64,000 nt of DNA from a virus: positions 53,955 to 117,954 of IMG/VR virus record IMGVR_UViG_3300021437_000001; one strand, written 5' to 3'. The translations under genes were made by a program, and so were the position numbers. The notes beneath the pieces are model-generated. The model searched no databases. It had not been told where the DNA came from and worked only from the letters and a program-made list of their open reading frames with translations. How positions within the stretch are numbered: the stretch's first letter is position 1; the number at the start of each line of letters is the position of its first letter. This document shows positions 47,365 to 57,300 of this stretch, piece after piece.

Positions 47365-47750
47365 TAAAAATCCTTTCAATAGCTACTTTCACTCGCTGCA
47401 AAATAGAAATAGATTCTTCATTAAAAGAAATCACATTACCGTCAATTGTCACATCGCAATTTATGAGCAATTGTCCAAATCGTTGATCTGGATATAGTTC
47501 GTTGATTGCGGCAAGTCTAGAGATAATATCTCTATTTATATCCTGTCTAGATTTCATGTGTTACCTACAATTCTAGGACCTTGTCCTATATAAAGAACTC
47601 CACCATTCTCATCACAAATCCAAAAACGTTGTCCTGGGCTTGCAAACATTTTTGCCACTTCTACAGCTTCTTCCTGTGAGGTGAAATAGTTATTCTCGTG
47701 TCTGGCTTTTGCAGAATCAAAATTCTCACCCATCCAAACTATATACAACT

Positions 47751-48170
47751 TCATCCCCAAGACCTCGTGTAACAAGCTATCACTCGCATTTCTCCAGAAT
47801 CTCTATAAATTTTTACATTTAGCGAATAATGCACATGCAATACTTTGTCTACTCCTGTTAAAACAAGCCAGATTGCTTCTTCGGAATTTTGGTAAGCGCC
47901 AGTGTTTATTTCCATCTCTACAGGTTTCATACGCTCTGTTGCTAATTTTCTACCTAGCTTTTTGTTAAAAGGGTCCTTGTAATGGCATAAAGCAGCGCCA
48001 ATGTTTACAGATATTTTTGGAATTGATAAGCAAGATCTTGTATATTGCTTTCGCAACTCTTGTAAAATCTCTAAAACATGCGGCTTTTCGAGAACCACAG
48101 TAGACCGAGTTCCTTTGTTGTATTTAGGAAACTCTTCTACTTCCATGTTATGACGTATTAGGATGTTCAT
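47751..48170 (-). CDS. Hypothetical protein
   Basis: G.A.C...D.FNKKLGRKLA..R motif. Confidence 0.55.
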   Translation of the reverse strand: MNILIRHNMEVEEFPKYNKGTRSTVVLEKPHVLEILQELRKQYTRSCLSIPKISVNIGAALCHYKDPFNKKLGRKLATERMKPVEMEINTGAYQNSEEAIWLVLTGVDKVLHVHYSLNVKIYRDSGEMRVIACYTRSWG

Positions 48171-48371
48171 CGTCCTCTCACTTTCACCGTTAAAATTACG
48201 GCATCACTGTTTACAGAACAAGGATCAACTGAATAACCTTGCTCTAAAAGAACTTCTTTATTTGGGTGCTGCTGTCCAACAAGAAATTTGACGGCTTGTT
48301 GAGTGTCGTACAAGTTGTACGCATTTTTAACGTCCATTAAATCTCGAGTCGAAATACGCATTTGAATTGTT

Positions 48372-48665
48372 TCAACTTGCGCTTGCATTCTTATTACCTT
48401 TTGTTAAAAGCTGTAGAACGTTTTTCCAATAGGCAGCAGATTCATTGGGTGCTACAGGGGTGCCTGTGTTGTCTTTAAAAGATGATACCGTCAATGGTTC
48501 TACAATTCGCTTAGCTTTCTCAAGCCCATGAGAGCGAAGTAAGCCATCTGCCATTTTAGATGGTTTCAAAGCTTTTGCATCACTGCGAGTATGCTTAGTG
48601 TCCTTTTTAAGAGAAAAGTCATACGGATGCGGTCCTTTTTGTTCTGTATCTTTTTTTGATTTCAT
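48372..48665 (-). CDS. Hypothetical protein
   Basis: SD AGGAG. Confidence 0.5.
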   Translation of the reverse strand: MKSKKDTEQKGPHPYDFSLKKDTKHTRSDAKALKPSKMADGLLRSHGLEKAKRIVEPLTVSSFKDNTGTPVAPNESAAYWKNVLQLLTKGNKNASAS

Positions 48666-48666
48666 T

Positions 48667-49176
48667 TTATGCTCCTACCGTTTCAATACCAAGTTCTTTT
48701 CTAATTACACGACTTACATGTGATCTAGAAATTTTTCTTCGAAAACGTCGTGCAATTTTTGCAACAGAATACCCTTCACAAAACAATCCAACCATAGTAT
48801 CTATTTGTTTCTGTGATAGACGTTTAGTAACTCCTCGAGTAAGTTGCTTTGGCAATACAGCTCTAAGATTCTTCATAGAATCATCTAGGCTAGTACCATT
48901 TTTTCGCAACATTACATATTTTTGTAATTCTTGAGCGGCAGTAGAAGTATCAAAACCATACAACTCTACTAGAATTTTTGCAGCAACCGCACGAGCAGTC
49001 ACTATTTTTGTACCTTTGTATGAAACGACATTATAGCCATGACGCTCAGTTCCAACTTCTGCATATTTTCCATCAGATCGAAGTTTTTTAATAACTCCAT
49101 TCTTTTGGATTTTATAGCGACGGTCTGTCGCAAGTTGTACGGCCAGTTTATTATTTGTTGCTTTTGAAGTAGACAT
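48667..49176 (-). CDS. Degenerate HNH-like protein with C-terminal HTH
   Basis: KNG..LDD...NL and GYSVAKIARRF...SRSHVSRVI. Confidence 0.55.
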   Translation of the reverse strand: MSTSKATNNKLAVQLATDRRYKIQKNGVIKKLRSDGKYAEVGTERHGYNVVSYKGTKIVTARAVAAKILVELYGFDTSTAAQELQKYVMLRKNGTSLDDSMKNLRAVLPKQLTRGVTKRLSQKQIDTMVGLFCEGYSVAKIARRFRRKISRSHVSRVIRKELGIETVGA

Positions 49177-49676
49177 TTTCCCTCCTATGTTACTTCTGTT
49201 AATTAATCTTCAATTTCAAATGTTTTCTTTTTTGGTGTAGCAAAATTAAACTTTTCTTCAGATGGCAAAGAAGAACGCATTTTTTCATTCTTCGCTTTCA
49301 CATAAATGGCTTCTTTAGTGAAGTTATTAAAACTTTTTAGTTTGAAAACTTCCACTTTAAAAACGCCATCACTATCTGGAGTTTTGCCAACTTTTCTGTA
49401 AAACTTAGGTGGCGATTCGTAGTTCAACTCAAACTCAGTCTCTTGTACACCTTTAACTTTAATCATTTTGTTGCTCCTGATTCTGTTGTACCTTGTGAGG
49501 GGTATGTATGTCAAATGTTTTTATAAAAAAATTTTCTGGTGTCTCAAGTTGAAGCAGTACATCTGACATGGCCGTGCTATAGCCCTTATCAAAACCAGAA
49601 TGCCATCCTAAGAGAAGTACATTGACTAGTATCAAAATGAGAACTAAAGACCAAAGAGCTTTTCTAAGTAATTCCA

Positions 49677-50024
49677 TTGTGGTATCCTTTTCTCATGATG
49701 TTATCTCCGTTGATAGTAGCAGTATGTTTAACTTCCGGTCCAACGTATGATGTGGCTTGTCGCACGTCTTTAGAACAGGCGGCAGCACAAACTGGATTTG
49801 CCTCGCAAATAGAAGAACTTAAAAATAAAACAGAACATAGAGTCATACGGTACATAAACCCTTCTAAAGAAGTTGAAGTTTTTGTCGGCGGTTTAGGATA
49901 CGCTGTGCAGCTCATTTCCAGAAGACAGGCGACGATAGCTTTGCCGACTGGTTTTAAAAATTCGTCTTTTAGTATGAGTGTAGGTAGCACTAGTACCTCT
50001 ATTGGCTTAAACATCGGTTTCTAG
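49677..50024 (+). CDS. Exported protein, isolated on the plus strand
   Basis: Signal-like N-terminus; ends SIGLNIGF. Confidence 0.45.
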   Translation: MWYPFLMMLSPLIVAVCLTSGPTYDVACRTSLEQAAAQTGFASQIEELKNKTEHRVIRYINPSKEVEVFVGGLGYAVQLISRRQATIALPTGFKNSSFSMSVGSTSTSIGLNIGF

Positions 50025-50386
50025 CCTCTCTCCAACCAAGTTTTGCACTCTTGTAAAATTTTCATTTCATATTGTTTATCATTCAATTTTCTATTTCTTC
50101 CAGAAGGATGTGGAAGTTTAAAGAAATTTGTTACTCCATAAGCGATCAAAGCTTTAGAAGCTTCCTCTCCCAAGGCAATTATTTGAAATGAATTTAAGGT
50201 TGCGTAAATAAGATGTTGATCAAATCTAGGATCGACTCTATTGATCAATTGTATTTTAGCTTCGTTATCTAGAATAACGGCCAGCCACTTTTGTAATCTG
50301 GTATGCGAAGCCGTACCTATAAAAGCAATGGCGGAGTCTGTATTTTTACTAGATGGTTTATCTCCCACGAGAAGGAGCTTACGCAT
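50021..50386 (-). CDS. Uracil-DNA-glycosylase-superfamily-like protein
   Basis: VGDKPS, IIALG..AS, LPHPSGRNR.LN. Confidence 0.65.
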   Translation of the reverse strand: MRKLLLVGDKPSSKNTDSAIAFIGTASHTRLQKWLAVILDNEAKIQLINRVDPRFDQHLIYATLNSFQIIALGEEASKALIAYGVTNFFKLPHPSGRNRKLNDKQYEMKILQECKTWLERG

Positions 50387-50653
50387 CAAACTTACCGCCG
50401 TGATCATCACCAGTATTAAAAACTTCTTCATTCCTACTATCTTGAAGTTGAGACAAGATCATATTGTGAAGATCTGTGAGTGCTTCAATAGCTCCTGCTG
50501 CTGCGATTCTATTTTGATCTGTTAAAGCTGTATTAGTTTTTACTTGATCTTTCATAGTTTGAATAGATGAAGATAATAACTGCAATAAACTTTTTGCAGA
50601 TAGCATATCGGTTTCTTTTACTAAAACGTGTGTAGGACCGCTCATAAAATCTC

Positions 50654-51220
50654 CTATTTACCTTTTCGCATTAATTCAAGCATCTTCTCCAAAACGGAAA
50701 TTGTCATAAATACGTCGTGGTCCGCAGTGTGCGCTTGCGTGGTGTCGATATTAAAATACTCTGCAACAGAAGATAAACTTCCAGATACAGAAGTTGGCAT
50801 TAATCCAGCTTGAATGCAAGCTCGAGCAATAACACCAGTGTCCATAGTTCTGTAAGAAACAAATTTTTGCCAAGTTCCTTTGTTTATTAGAAATTCATAC
50901 AACTTTAAAATATCAAAAGCTACGTTATGCCCAACTGGAATAAGTTTCTCACTGCCTAGTATGGAATTGCCGTTTAAAAAATTGTAAAGCTTAGTTCCAG
51001 CTTCTTTGTAAGTAATTGCTCTTTGATCGTGCAATTTTAAATCAATACCATTGATTCGAAGAGCCTCGGCAGTAACAACGTATTTACCATCTTCAGGTTT
51101 CATTTCTAAAAGTAAATTATCCAACTCATTAAAATTTTCATCCAGAACAGAAAAGTAGGCTGTCAATAAAGACGTCCCTTCAAAACCTCCAGTTTCGGTA
51201 TCTAATGCTATGTACTTCAT
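50654..51220 (-). CDS. DEDDh 3'-5' exonuclease (DnaQ-like)
   Basis: LDTETGG, GHNVAFD, MDT, AHTADHD. Confidence 0.9.
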   Translation of the reverse strand: MKYIALDTETGGFEGTSLLTAYFSVLDENFNELDNLLLEMKPEDGKYVVTAEALRINGIDLKLHDQRAITYKEAGTKLYNFLNGNSILGSEKLIPVGHNVAFDILKLYEFLINKGTWQKFVSYRTMDTGVIARACIQAGLMPTSVSGSLSSVAEYFNIDTTQAHTADHDVFMTISVLEKMLELMRKGK

Positions 51221-51235
51221 CTTTTGCCTTCTTTC

Positions 51236-52081
51236 TTAAAAGTTCAGCTTCATTGCTGAAGAATTTTTTATTCCATCTCGTTTTTTGTCATACGAGCCAA
51301 TTGTAGTATTTACACTAGAATGTCCTGCAAAGTCAGCAACATTTCTAGGAGATTCACCATTTTCCAGTAATTGTGAAATTGCTGTGGCACGACAAGAATG
51401 TGGTGATACTTTACGAGTAACTCCTATCATTTTTGCATACCTCTTTACCAAGTGATAAATAGTAGATCCAGTTACCTGTAATAGAAATCTTTCTGAATTT
51501 TGCGGCCACAAAGGTGAATTAACCAATTGTGGCAATAGAAGTTCAGCTAATTTTGGATGTGCTGGAATCATGCGGTATTTGCCGCCTTTGCCGTCTATAC
51601 GCAAAACAATTTGTCCATCCATATCTTTTATATCGCAAAATCGTAAATAAGCAATTTCTGAGCGTCTTAAACCTGCGTAAAACAAAAGAGCTAAAATTAA
51701 CAAATCTCGTTCTCGTTCAACAGGAGTGGCTCGCTCTTTGACAGCTTTAAACATTTTTCGTACTTCATCATCAGTAAAAGCTTGTGTAGGCTCTGAGACA
51801 GATACTTTTGGAGATTTTACTCCGGCAAATGGGTCAATGCCCAATTTACCCTGTCCTCGTAGAAATTGACAAAAACTTCTAACGCTAGACATTTTTCTAG
51901 CTACGCTAGAAGATGTGAGGCCTTTTCGTACTAAAGTGTCTCGAAATAAGATTACAGACGGTCTATCAAGAACTCCTCCTGTGATTTCTCGGTACTGTCT
52001 TAAATCTAGCCCATAAGACCTGACAGTCTCATCTGTGCTTTGTCCTCCAATAAATTCCAGCATATCCATGTTGAAATCCAC
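51236..52081 (-). CDS. Tyrosine recombinase (XerC/D-like)
   Basis: SVARKMSSVRSF, GLRRSEI, GKGGK.R, SPHSCR, AGH, Y. Confidence 0.88.
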   Translation of the reverse strand: MDFNMDMLEFIGGQSTDETVRSYGLDLRQYREITGGVLDRPSVILFRDTLVRKGLTSSSVARKMSSVRSFCQFLRGQGKLGIDPFAGVKSPKVSVSEPTQAFTDDEVRKMFKAVKERATPVERERDLLILALLFYAGLRRSEIAYLRFCDIKDMDGQIVLRIDGKGGKYRMIPAHPKLAELLLPQLVNSPLWPQNSERFLLQVTGSTIYHLVKRYAKMIGVTRKVSPHSCRATAISQLLENGESPRNVADFAGHSSVNTTIGSYDKKRDGIKNSSAMKLNF

Positions 52082-52816
52082 ACTAACCTCATTTCAAATG
52101 TTCAATAGAAATCTCTAAGTCTTCTATACCTGTTTCCTTCTCACATTCAATATTCTGAACTTTATATCCCAAATCTTCAAGTTCTTTTTTTACAATTTCA
52201 AGACCCCAGTGCCATTCTTCTTGCATTATTACTTCACATGAAACAACACCATCATCAATCATTTTGTGTATGGCCTCAAATGCAGCATGTCGTAATTCTC
52301 TTGCTGCTAAGTTTTTTCGTGCGACTGCATTAGTTTTTGCTTTAGCTATTGCATCAGCCGCCGATATTGCTTTGACCCGTAGATTTGCCATCTTGTTGTT
52401 CCTTTCGTTTTTTAAACTCATTAAAATCTAATACTGTTGCCATAGGCTGCGCAACAATCTCGTAAAAACCATTCGCATTAGGTTTAGTAGCTAGAGTCCC
52501 AATACAGCCACATTTAGTACACTCATCTCGCCATGCAAAACAATCATCAAAATGCTCCTGTTTAACGGCTACAAACTTATGCTCACAAGTCTTCCAACTA
52601 TTCATCTTGACCTCCTACATTCAAGGTATAATGCTTGAGTTAATTAGTCAAGAATTATTTTTAAAAAACCTTGTGAACGTAAATGCGCTTGTACGGCCAT
52701 AACATAACAATATGTCCTAAATTGAGAATCATCTAGCTTTAAGCGTTTAGGGTCTAGATCTGTGTACAGTTTTATGGCATGGGACCTAATTGCTTCCAAA
52801 TCCGTTTTTGTAAGAA

Positions 52817-53503
52817 TTACCCTTGGGTCGTCGTGTCTAGGCTCGTCCATCCCAGTGCCTCCGCTATAGTTGGAAGTTCTTTTACCAAAATGTCTCTAAT
52901 TGCTAACGCAATAGCCTGGTGTTCTTTTTGAGTTCCATTTCCGCAACGAAGATTCAAATAGTGAATCCAGGAGCGAAGGGAGCCATTCATGTAAAGTTTA
53001 GTCGTAGTCGATTGCGGCAATAGAAAGCGAGCTTGTTCTTTTGCTATACCTTTTCGTAAAGCTAAATTATAAATACGCTCGCAGTTTTCTTGAACCTCGT
53101 CTTGTCGATCTTTAAACCACTGCTTATCTTCTTCAGACATATCATCAACGGAATTTTGTCGATTTTTTGAATCTTGACGTCTAGCCTCATACGTTTCAAA
53201 CGATTGCACAGCCGCATACCGTTGAGAAAATTCCTGAAAACTAAATGACCGATGTCTAAGTATCTGAGTAGCAATAGCTCTAGAAGTCTCAATTTCAAAA
53301 ACCATATTTGCCATTTCAAAAATAGAGACGTGTCCATTATCTAGGCAATATTTGAGAAGTTTAGGATTCCCTGAAGTTTGGTTTGAAGGATTAGACACCC
53401 TAGCGCAATACATAACAAGTTCTTCTGGATTGTCAAAACAATTAAGTTCAGCTTCCAAAACAGGATCACAAATTTGAGTTTTTGCAATTAATCGTACTTT
53501 CAT
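52817..53503 (-). CDS. thyX: Flavin-dependent thymidylate synthase
   Basis: ARVS, GH.SIFE, QILRHRSFSFQEFSQRY, EQARFLLP, Q.EH. Confidence 0.95.
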   Translation of the reverse strand: MKVRLIAKTQICDPVLEAELNCFDNPEELVMYCARVSNPSNQTSGNPKLLKYCLDNGHVSIFEMANMVFEIETSRAIATQILRHRSFSFQEFSQRYAAVQSFETYEARRQDSKNRQNSVDDMSEEDKQWFKDRQDEVQENCERIYNLALRKGIAKEQARFLLPQSTTTKLYMNGSLRSWIHYLNLRCGNGTQKEHQAIALAIRDILVKELPTIAEALGWTSLDTTTQG

Positions 53504-53705
53504 TTATTCCTCAACAATCTCATATTGCTCTTTAAGAAGTTCCGACGCCATAGCCATTGCTCCATTTCTAAACATCCAATGTTGATGACTTAGATGAGAC
53601 TCTTCTCGAATGTTATGTTCTTTGCGTGTAAGCTTTTCAGCCAGATCCATGCACTTTCCTATAAATTGATCTTTAGTAATTTTCTTTTTTTCCATAAAAC
53701 TCCCT

Positions 53706-54245
53706 TTAATCCCACCAAGATTCTTGATATTTAGCCATAATCCCAAAAAACCAACGAGTATCTCGAACTTTAATTGAATCGTCTTTACGGCACGCTTCCA
53801 AAAATTCGGCACGCTCTTCTTCTTCTTTTTCTTTCGGTACTCCTGGTCTTCCCATTCCAGTGTATTTGCGTCCAGTCTTTTCGTCAACTTTTTCGATGAA
53901 CTCAAGATCACCCCACTTTGCATTGTGCAGACCGTGATGATAGAAATAATCATCTTTTCTCAATTTCTCACCTAACTTAATACATAATTTCAAACTTTGA
54001 ATAGGAGCTTTTTCAGGAATATGGTGCCCTTCTTCAAAAATTGCTTTTTGCATACGCTTCATTTTGAAAACCATAACGTCTAAAAGGTAAGCGTGATCCC
54101 AGTCATAGTTATTCCAGCCAAGACGTGCCCATGCTAAGGAGCGACAAATCTGATGGTACAACCGTCGTAGTGGCCAGAGTCTATGTTTCAGTTCGTCTTT
54201 TAAATCCCACTTAGGCATTTCTTTTATCATTTTCACGTCAAACAT
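53706..54245 (-). CDS. Hypothetical protein
   Basis: W...DWD..YL...K and C-terminal WWD. Confidence 0.55.
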   Translation of the reverse strand: MFDVKMIKEMPKWDLKDELKHRLWPLRRLYHQICRSLAWARLGWNNYDWDHAYLLDVMVFKMKRMQKAIFEEGHHIPEKAPIQSLKLCIKLGEKLRKDDYFYHHGLHNAKWGDLEFIEKVDEKTGRKYTGMGRPGVPKEKEEEERAEFLEACRKDDSIKVRDTRWFFGIMAKYQESWWD

Positions 54246-54494
54246 TTGAATTCTCCCAAGATTTCATATCAATAAAGATGCCGTAAACTCTTCTATACAT
54301 TTTTTGATTTTCGTCATTTCGTAATTCAGTATCGTATTGAACAAGTACAAATGGTATCTTTTGGGACTTAAAACGCTTTACCCAAAATTCTTGATCTTCC
54401 CTCTGAGTCGTAGGCTCTGACCAAAGATTAGAAGGTCTTAGTGCAATGGTTTTTAAAAGTGGTTCATTATTTGTATCTAGCACTTTTATATTTT

Positions 54495-55409
54495 TCATCT
54501 GTCAATTCCTCTTGTTGCTTTTGTAATCTCGTATCGCACTAAACGAGCTACCTTTCCAGGCTCACCAGAACCAATAATTCTACCGTCAACTTTTATAATA
54601 GGAGCAGTTTCGACATAAGTACCGCTAATGAAAATTTCGTCTGCTGTATAAATATCAGGTTTAGTCAAACGACGCTCAATTACTTGATAGCCTTTTTCTT
54701 GCAAAAGTTGAGCAAACCATTGACGTGTTAATCCAGATAAAATAGAACCTGTTTGAGGTGGTGTAAATACGACACCTTGTTTTACGACAAAAATATTTGC
54801 AACAGAAGCTTCAACAACATAGCCATCATTATCACAAAAAAGAACTTCATCGACACCTTCAAACTCGTGTTTGCAGTTGTGCAAAACTGCATAATTTGCA
54901 GTAGTCTTAGCTTGCATTTGATAATTTGGATAGCCTCTAGGAGTTGCTGAAATTCTCGCAGTTATTCCGTTTTCTTTATTTACTGGTTTTATAGGAAAAG
55001 CATATATGTCTAATGCAATTCGATTTGTTTGCGCTCGTACTGATTCGGCATCTTGTGTTGCATAAGCAATCGGACGAAGATATAAATCTCCACCACCAGC
55101 GGCCTCTACAACTTCTTGACAAGCCTCTATTACTTGTTCAACAGTGTATGGAATTTCTATGTTCAAAATTTTTGCTGAATTGAAGAGACGAATAATGTGC
55201 TGTTTTAATAGCCAAATCTGAGTTGTGCCATCTTCTTTTAGGTAAGAACGAATTCCTTCCCAAACCGCTGGAGCACCGTAGTGCATAACAAAATTGAAAC
55301 TGTCAATTGGTGTTTTATGAGAAGAAATTGACCCATCTGCCCAGACACGAAATTGTCCTACAGGTTTAGGTTTTTGTTTTGCTGATCTAATTTTAAAACC
55401 TGCTCCCAT
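54495..55409 (-). CDS. ilvE: Branched-chain amino acid aminotransferase (PLP fold IV)
   Basis: MHYG..VWEGIRSY, H..RL.NSA, YLRP, AKTTANY, E...ANIF, ILSGLTR, ADEIFISGT. Confidence 0.85.
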   Translation of the reverse strand: MGAGFKIRSAKQKPKPVGQFRVWADGSISSHKTPIDSFNFVMHYGAPAVWEGIRSYLKEDGTTQIWLLKQHIIRLFNSAKILNIEIPYTVEQVIEACQEVVEAAGGGDLYLRPIAYATQDAESVRAQTNRIALDIYAFPIKPVNKENGITARISATPRGYPNYQMQAKTTANYAVLHNCKHEFEGVDEVLFCDNDGYVVEASVANIFVVKQGVVFTPPQTGSILSGLTRQWFAQLLQEKGYQVIERRLTKPDIYTADEIFISGTYVETAPIIKVDGRIIGSGEPGKVARLVRYEITKATRGIDR

Positions 55410-55424
55410 AACTCCCCTAAAATG

Positions 55425-55505
55425 TGGGGGCCGTGCCTATCACTCCATTCGTCAGAATGGTTCTCCGTGGGACGATCAACTCCCTCCAACCTCAGCACGA
55501 CCCCA
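55425..55505 (-). ncRNA. Putative ~80-nt structured RNA downstream of tRNA-Met
   Basis: Terminal stem GGGGTCGTGC/GCACGGCCCC (G-U on the minus strand) enclosing two hairpins. Confidence 0.5.
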
Positions 55506-55513
55506 TTAAAATT

Positions 55514-55590
55514 TGGTTGCGGGGGTGGGACTTGAACCCACGACCTCTAGGTTATGAGCCTAGCAAGCTAACCAACTGCTCCACCCCGCT
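55514..55590 (-). tRNA. tRNA-Met (CAT), initiator-like
   Basis: AGCGGGGTGGAGCAGTTGGTTAGCTTGCTAGGCTCATAACCTAGAGGTCGTGGGTTCAAGTCCCACCCCCGCAACCA; cloverleaf, encoded CCA, unpaired 1:72. Confidence 0.93.
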
Positions 55591-55604
55591 AAAATTAAAT
55601 CAAA

Positions 55605-55806
55605 TGTACGGATTAGGCGCTACCCTAATTATTCCGATGGCGTTCGGATATACATCACCCACGGACTAAATAGCTTTAGGTTGCTAATTTAACTCAGGAC
55701 AACTTCTTCCACCTGGCTAAAGCTTTTTAATCGTATTGCGTGTCTCTAGCGACGGCTGTCCTGGTAACAAACCAGGGCCTATCGCAGCTTTCCACGCCGC
55801 CGTACA
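55605..55806 (-). ncRNA. Putative ~200-nt tRNA-like structured ncRNA
   Basis: Closing stem TGTACGG/CCGTACA with four internal arms; upstream TTGACT-N17-CAAGCT promoter at 55840-55812. Confidence 0.6.
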
Positions 55807-56121
55807 AAACCAGCTTGCGCTAGATTGGAAATAAAGTCAATAAAAAATTTTATATGGTAAATTTTACTAAATCCAGATTTGGCTTGAGCGGAACAATTTT
55901 CCTAAAACTAGGAATTGTTGCTGTGTTTTTTGATTGCAAACGGGTATCAGATTATTAATACTCTGATCTTATGTGTTCAGAGTATTATTTAAGTTCTGAG
56001 TATTTAGTAGTTAATGTAGTAGGACACCCCTACCCCTCAAATTAGACTATTTTTAAAACGCTTGTCAAGTCCAATGTAAATTATATAATAATGACACATT
56101 GCGTCAGAAACACGAGTGAAC

Positions 56122-56150
56122 TTGACAACTTACACGAAAACGTTTAGATT
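56122..56150 (+). promoter_or_regulatory. Sigma-70-type promoter (probably leaderless)
   Basis: TTGACA-N17-TAGATT, 6 nt before ATG 56157. Confidence 0.6.
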
Positions 56151-56156
56151 TGAGAC

Positions 56157-56414
56157 ATGAGTAAAGTAATACATCGAGATAATTGTAAATGCAATGAGAA
56201 CCCAGAGGAATGGCGTGTAAATGCCCCTGAGTATCACAATTGCTTTTTTACTTACATGCGTCATAATTCTAGACCTCATACACTGAATGAAATTAGTAAA
56301 CTATTAGGAATGTCTATAGCCGCTGTCACCGCAATTGAGAAAAAAGCTTTGACTAAAGCTCAACGTCGCTTAAACGACCTCGAGAAAGTAAAAAAGCTTA
56401 AGGGCATGTGCTAA
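56157..56414 (+). CDS. Stand-alone sigma-70 region-4-like HTH protein
   Basis: HTLNEISKLLGMS...V..IEKKALTK, preceded by a Cys/His-containing segment. Confidence 0.7.
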   Translation: MSKVIHRDNCKCNENPEEWRVNAPEYHNCFFTYMRHNSRPHTLNEISKLLGMSIAAVTAIEKKALTKAQRRLNDLEKVKKLKGMC

Positions 56415-56456
56415 TCTAGAATCTGTACCTGCATAGTCAGGTTTCAAGGGAAAATC

Positions 56457-57299
56457 GTGTCTGACGAAAAACTAGTAAAATCATTTCAAATTCATGTACC
56501 AGTAGAGCTTGAAAAATCAAAAGACGCTGATGGTGAAGATACTTGGGTTGTTAAAGGCATTGCCTCAACAGCCGACCAAGATCTACAAGGTGAGATAGTT
56601 GACCAAAATGGTCTGGATATAGCACCTTTAAAGGCCGGACGTGGATTGTTTAATGTCGATCATCAAAAAGGACCTGAAAACGTTATAGGTCAAATTGAAG
56701 ATGCAGAGTTTGTTAAAGCTGATGGACGCAAAGTTTTGATGGTAAAAGGCTATCTTTTTAAACATCAACCTCGTGCTCAAGCGTTCTATAACATCATGAA
56801 ATCAGTGAAGAAAGGCGGAGCACCTAGAGTTCACATGAGCATTGAAGGGAAGATTCTTCAACGAGATGCTGTAAATAAATCTGTTATTAGAAATGCTCGA
56901 ATTGATAAGGTGGCGTTGACTTTAGACCCAGTGAACCCTTATACTTATGCAGACCTTTCAAAGTCGCTCGCTTCTGGTAATATGGATGAAATACCTGAAC
57001 CTGCATATTTGACAATGGAACGAACTGAATTAGAAAAAGCTATTGAAGTTGGAGTAGCAAAAGCTATGGCAGCAGGTGCCGGATCAGCTTTAGCACCCTC
57101 AATGAGAGTAGCTGGCGAAGCGATGAGTAAAGAGTCTTTGGAGTCTAAGCTCAAGAAGATCAACAAAAAAGACAAAAAAAGTCAAAAACGAATGTTAAAA
57201 TCAATCTTGCAGCGCATGTGCGAACTGCACCCTGATGAAGATCCTCGTGATCTATTTAAGGTGATCGCATCCAAGCTCAAGAGCATTGAAGGAGAATAA
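56457..57299 (+). CDS. Prohead protease
   Basis: VKGIAST...DLQGE, N.DH, VIG, MSIEG, VALT..PVNP.T. Confidence 0.88.
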   Translation: MSDEKLVKSFQIHVPVELEKSKDADGEDTWVVKGIASTADQDLQGEIVDQNGLDIAPLKAGRGLFNVDHQKGPENVIGQIEDAEFVKADGRKVLMVKGYLFKHQPRAQAFYNIMKSVKKGGAPRVHMSIEGKILQRDAVNKSVIRNARIDKVALTLDPVNPYTYADLSKSLASGNMDEIPEPAYLTMERTELEKAIEVGVAKAMAAGAGSALAPSMRVAGEAMSKESLESKLKKINKKDKKSQKRMLKSILQRMCELHPDEDPRDLFKVIASKLKSIEGE

Positions 57300-57300
57300 G

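Noticed and set aside
55424-55669. 81-aa plus-strand ORF
   Set aside because: It is the antisense shadow of tRNA-Met and the flanking structured RNAs (WLRGWDLNPRP is a typical tRNA-antisense translation).
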